From Paraspadella gotoi (lineage: Eukaryota; Animalia; Chaetognatha), in assembly GCA_051294375.1 (NCBI GenBank), contig CM119263.1:11342443-11406442 (forward strand): a DNA stretch of 64,000 bases, given 5' to 3'. How positions within the stretch are numbered: position 1 is the first letter of the stretch; each line of letters starts with the position of its first letter. The notes under the pieces were generated by a model. It was not told the DNA's origin. It saw only the letters and a list, made by a program, of their open reading frames with translations, and made no database searches. The position numbers and the translations under genes are program-made. Shown here piece after piece: positions 63,738 through 64,000 of this stretch.

Positions 63738-64000
63738 GTAAAACAACAGACGAGAGAATGCGGAATGTTACGAAAAAGTCCACTCTCATCCCGCCGCCCA
63801 AGCGGTTTCGCCTGCGCGGCGTCCGGCCGAAGTTGCATTCATGGAGTATACGGACCACTGATGTGATCGGAGGCAGCAAATCAACGCTTGAACTCGCACA
63901 TTGTTTTACAAATGATTTTGCAACCGCAGAATACGGTATTTTAATCTCATTCCTTGGCAAAAGAATAAGTGGCAAGATAGCTTATTAAAGTAACATTTAG

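Overview
This is eukaryotic genomic DNA, most likely from an invertebrate animal. It is intron-rich, full of (GA)n and (GAC/GTC)n microsatellites, and has six N-gaps plus stretches that look like unpolished long-read sequence. Most entries in the ORF track are microsatellite artefacts, so genes were rebuilt by manual GT-AG splicing with phase checks. (1) An 11-exon + strand gene (~4149-40910) encodes an extracellular LRR protein: LRRNT, 13 LRRs, LRRCT, an acidic and Ser/Thr stalk, and a GPI-type tail. It has one 1-nt frameshift in exon 5. (2) A complete 3-exon, 458-aa EGF-repeat type I membrane protein gene lies antisense inside the LRR gene's 10.6-kb intron 2. (3) A minus-strand gene of unknown family has exons that interleave with the last LRR exon. 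(4) A mucin-CUB-LDLa-TM receptor-like gene lies at the right end. (5) An orphan Asp-rich terminal exon lies at 59.3-59.6 kb. Mobile DNA includes Helentron-associated (HINE/DINE-like) elements, a foldback element and a perfect 81-bp palindrome. No rRNA, intact tRNA or CRISPR array was found. No database searches were possible, so all family calls rest on motifs read by eye.
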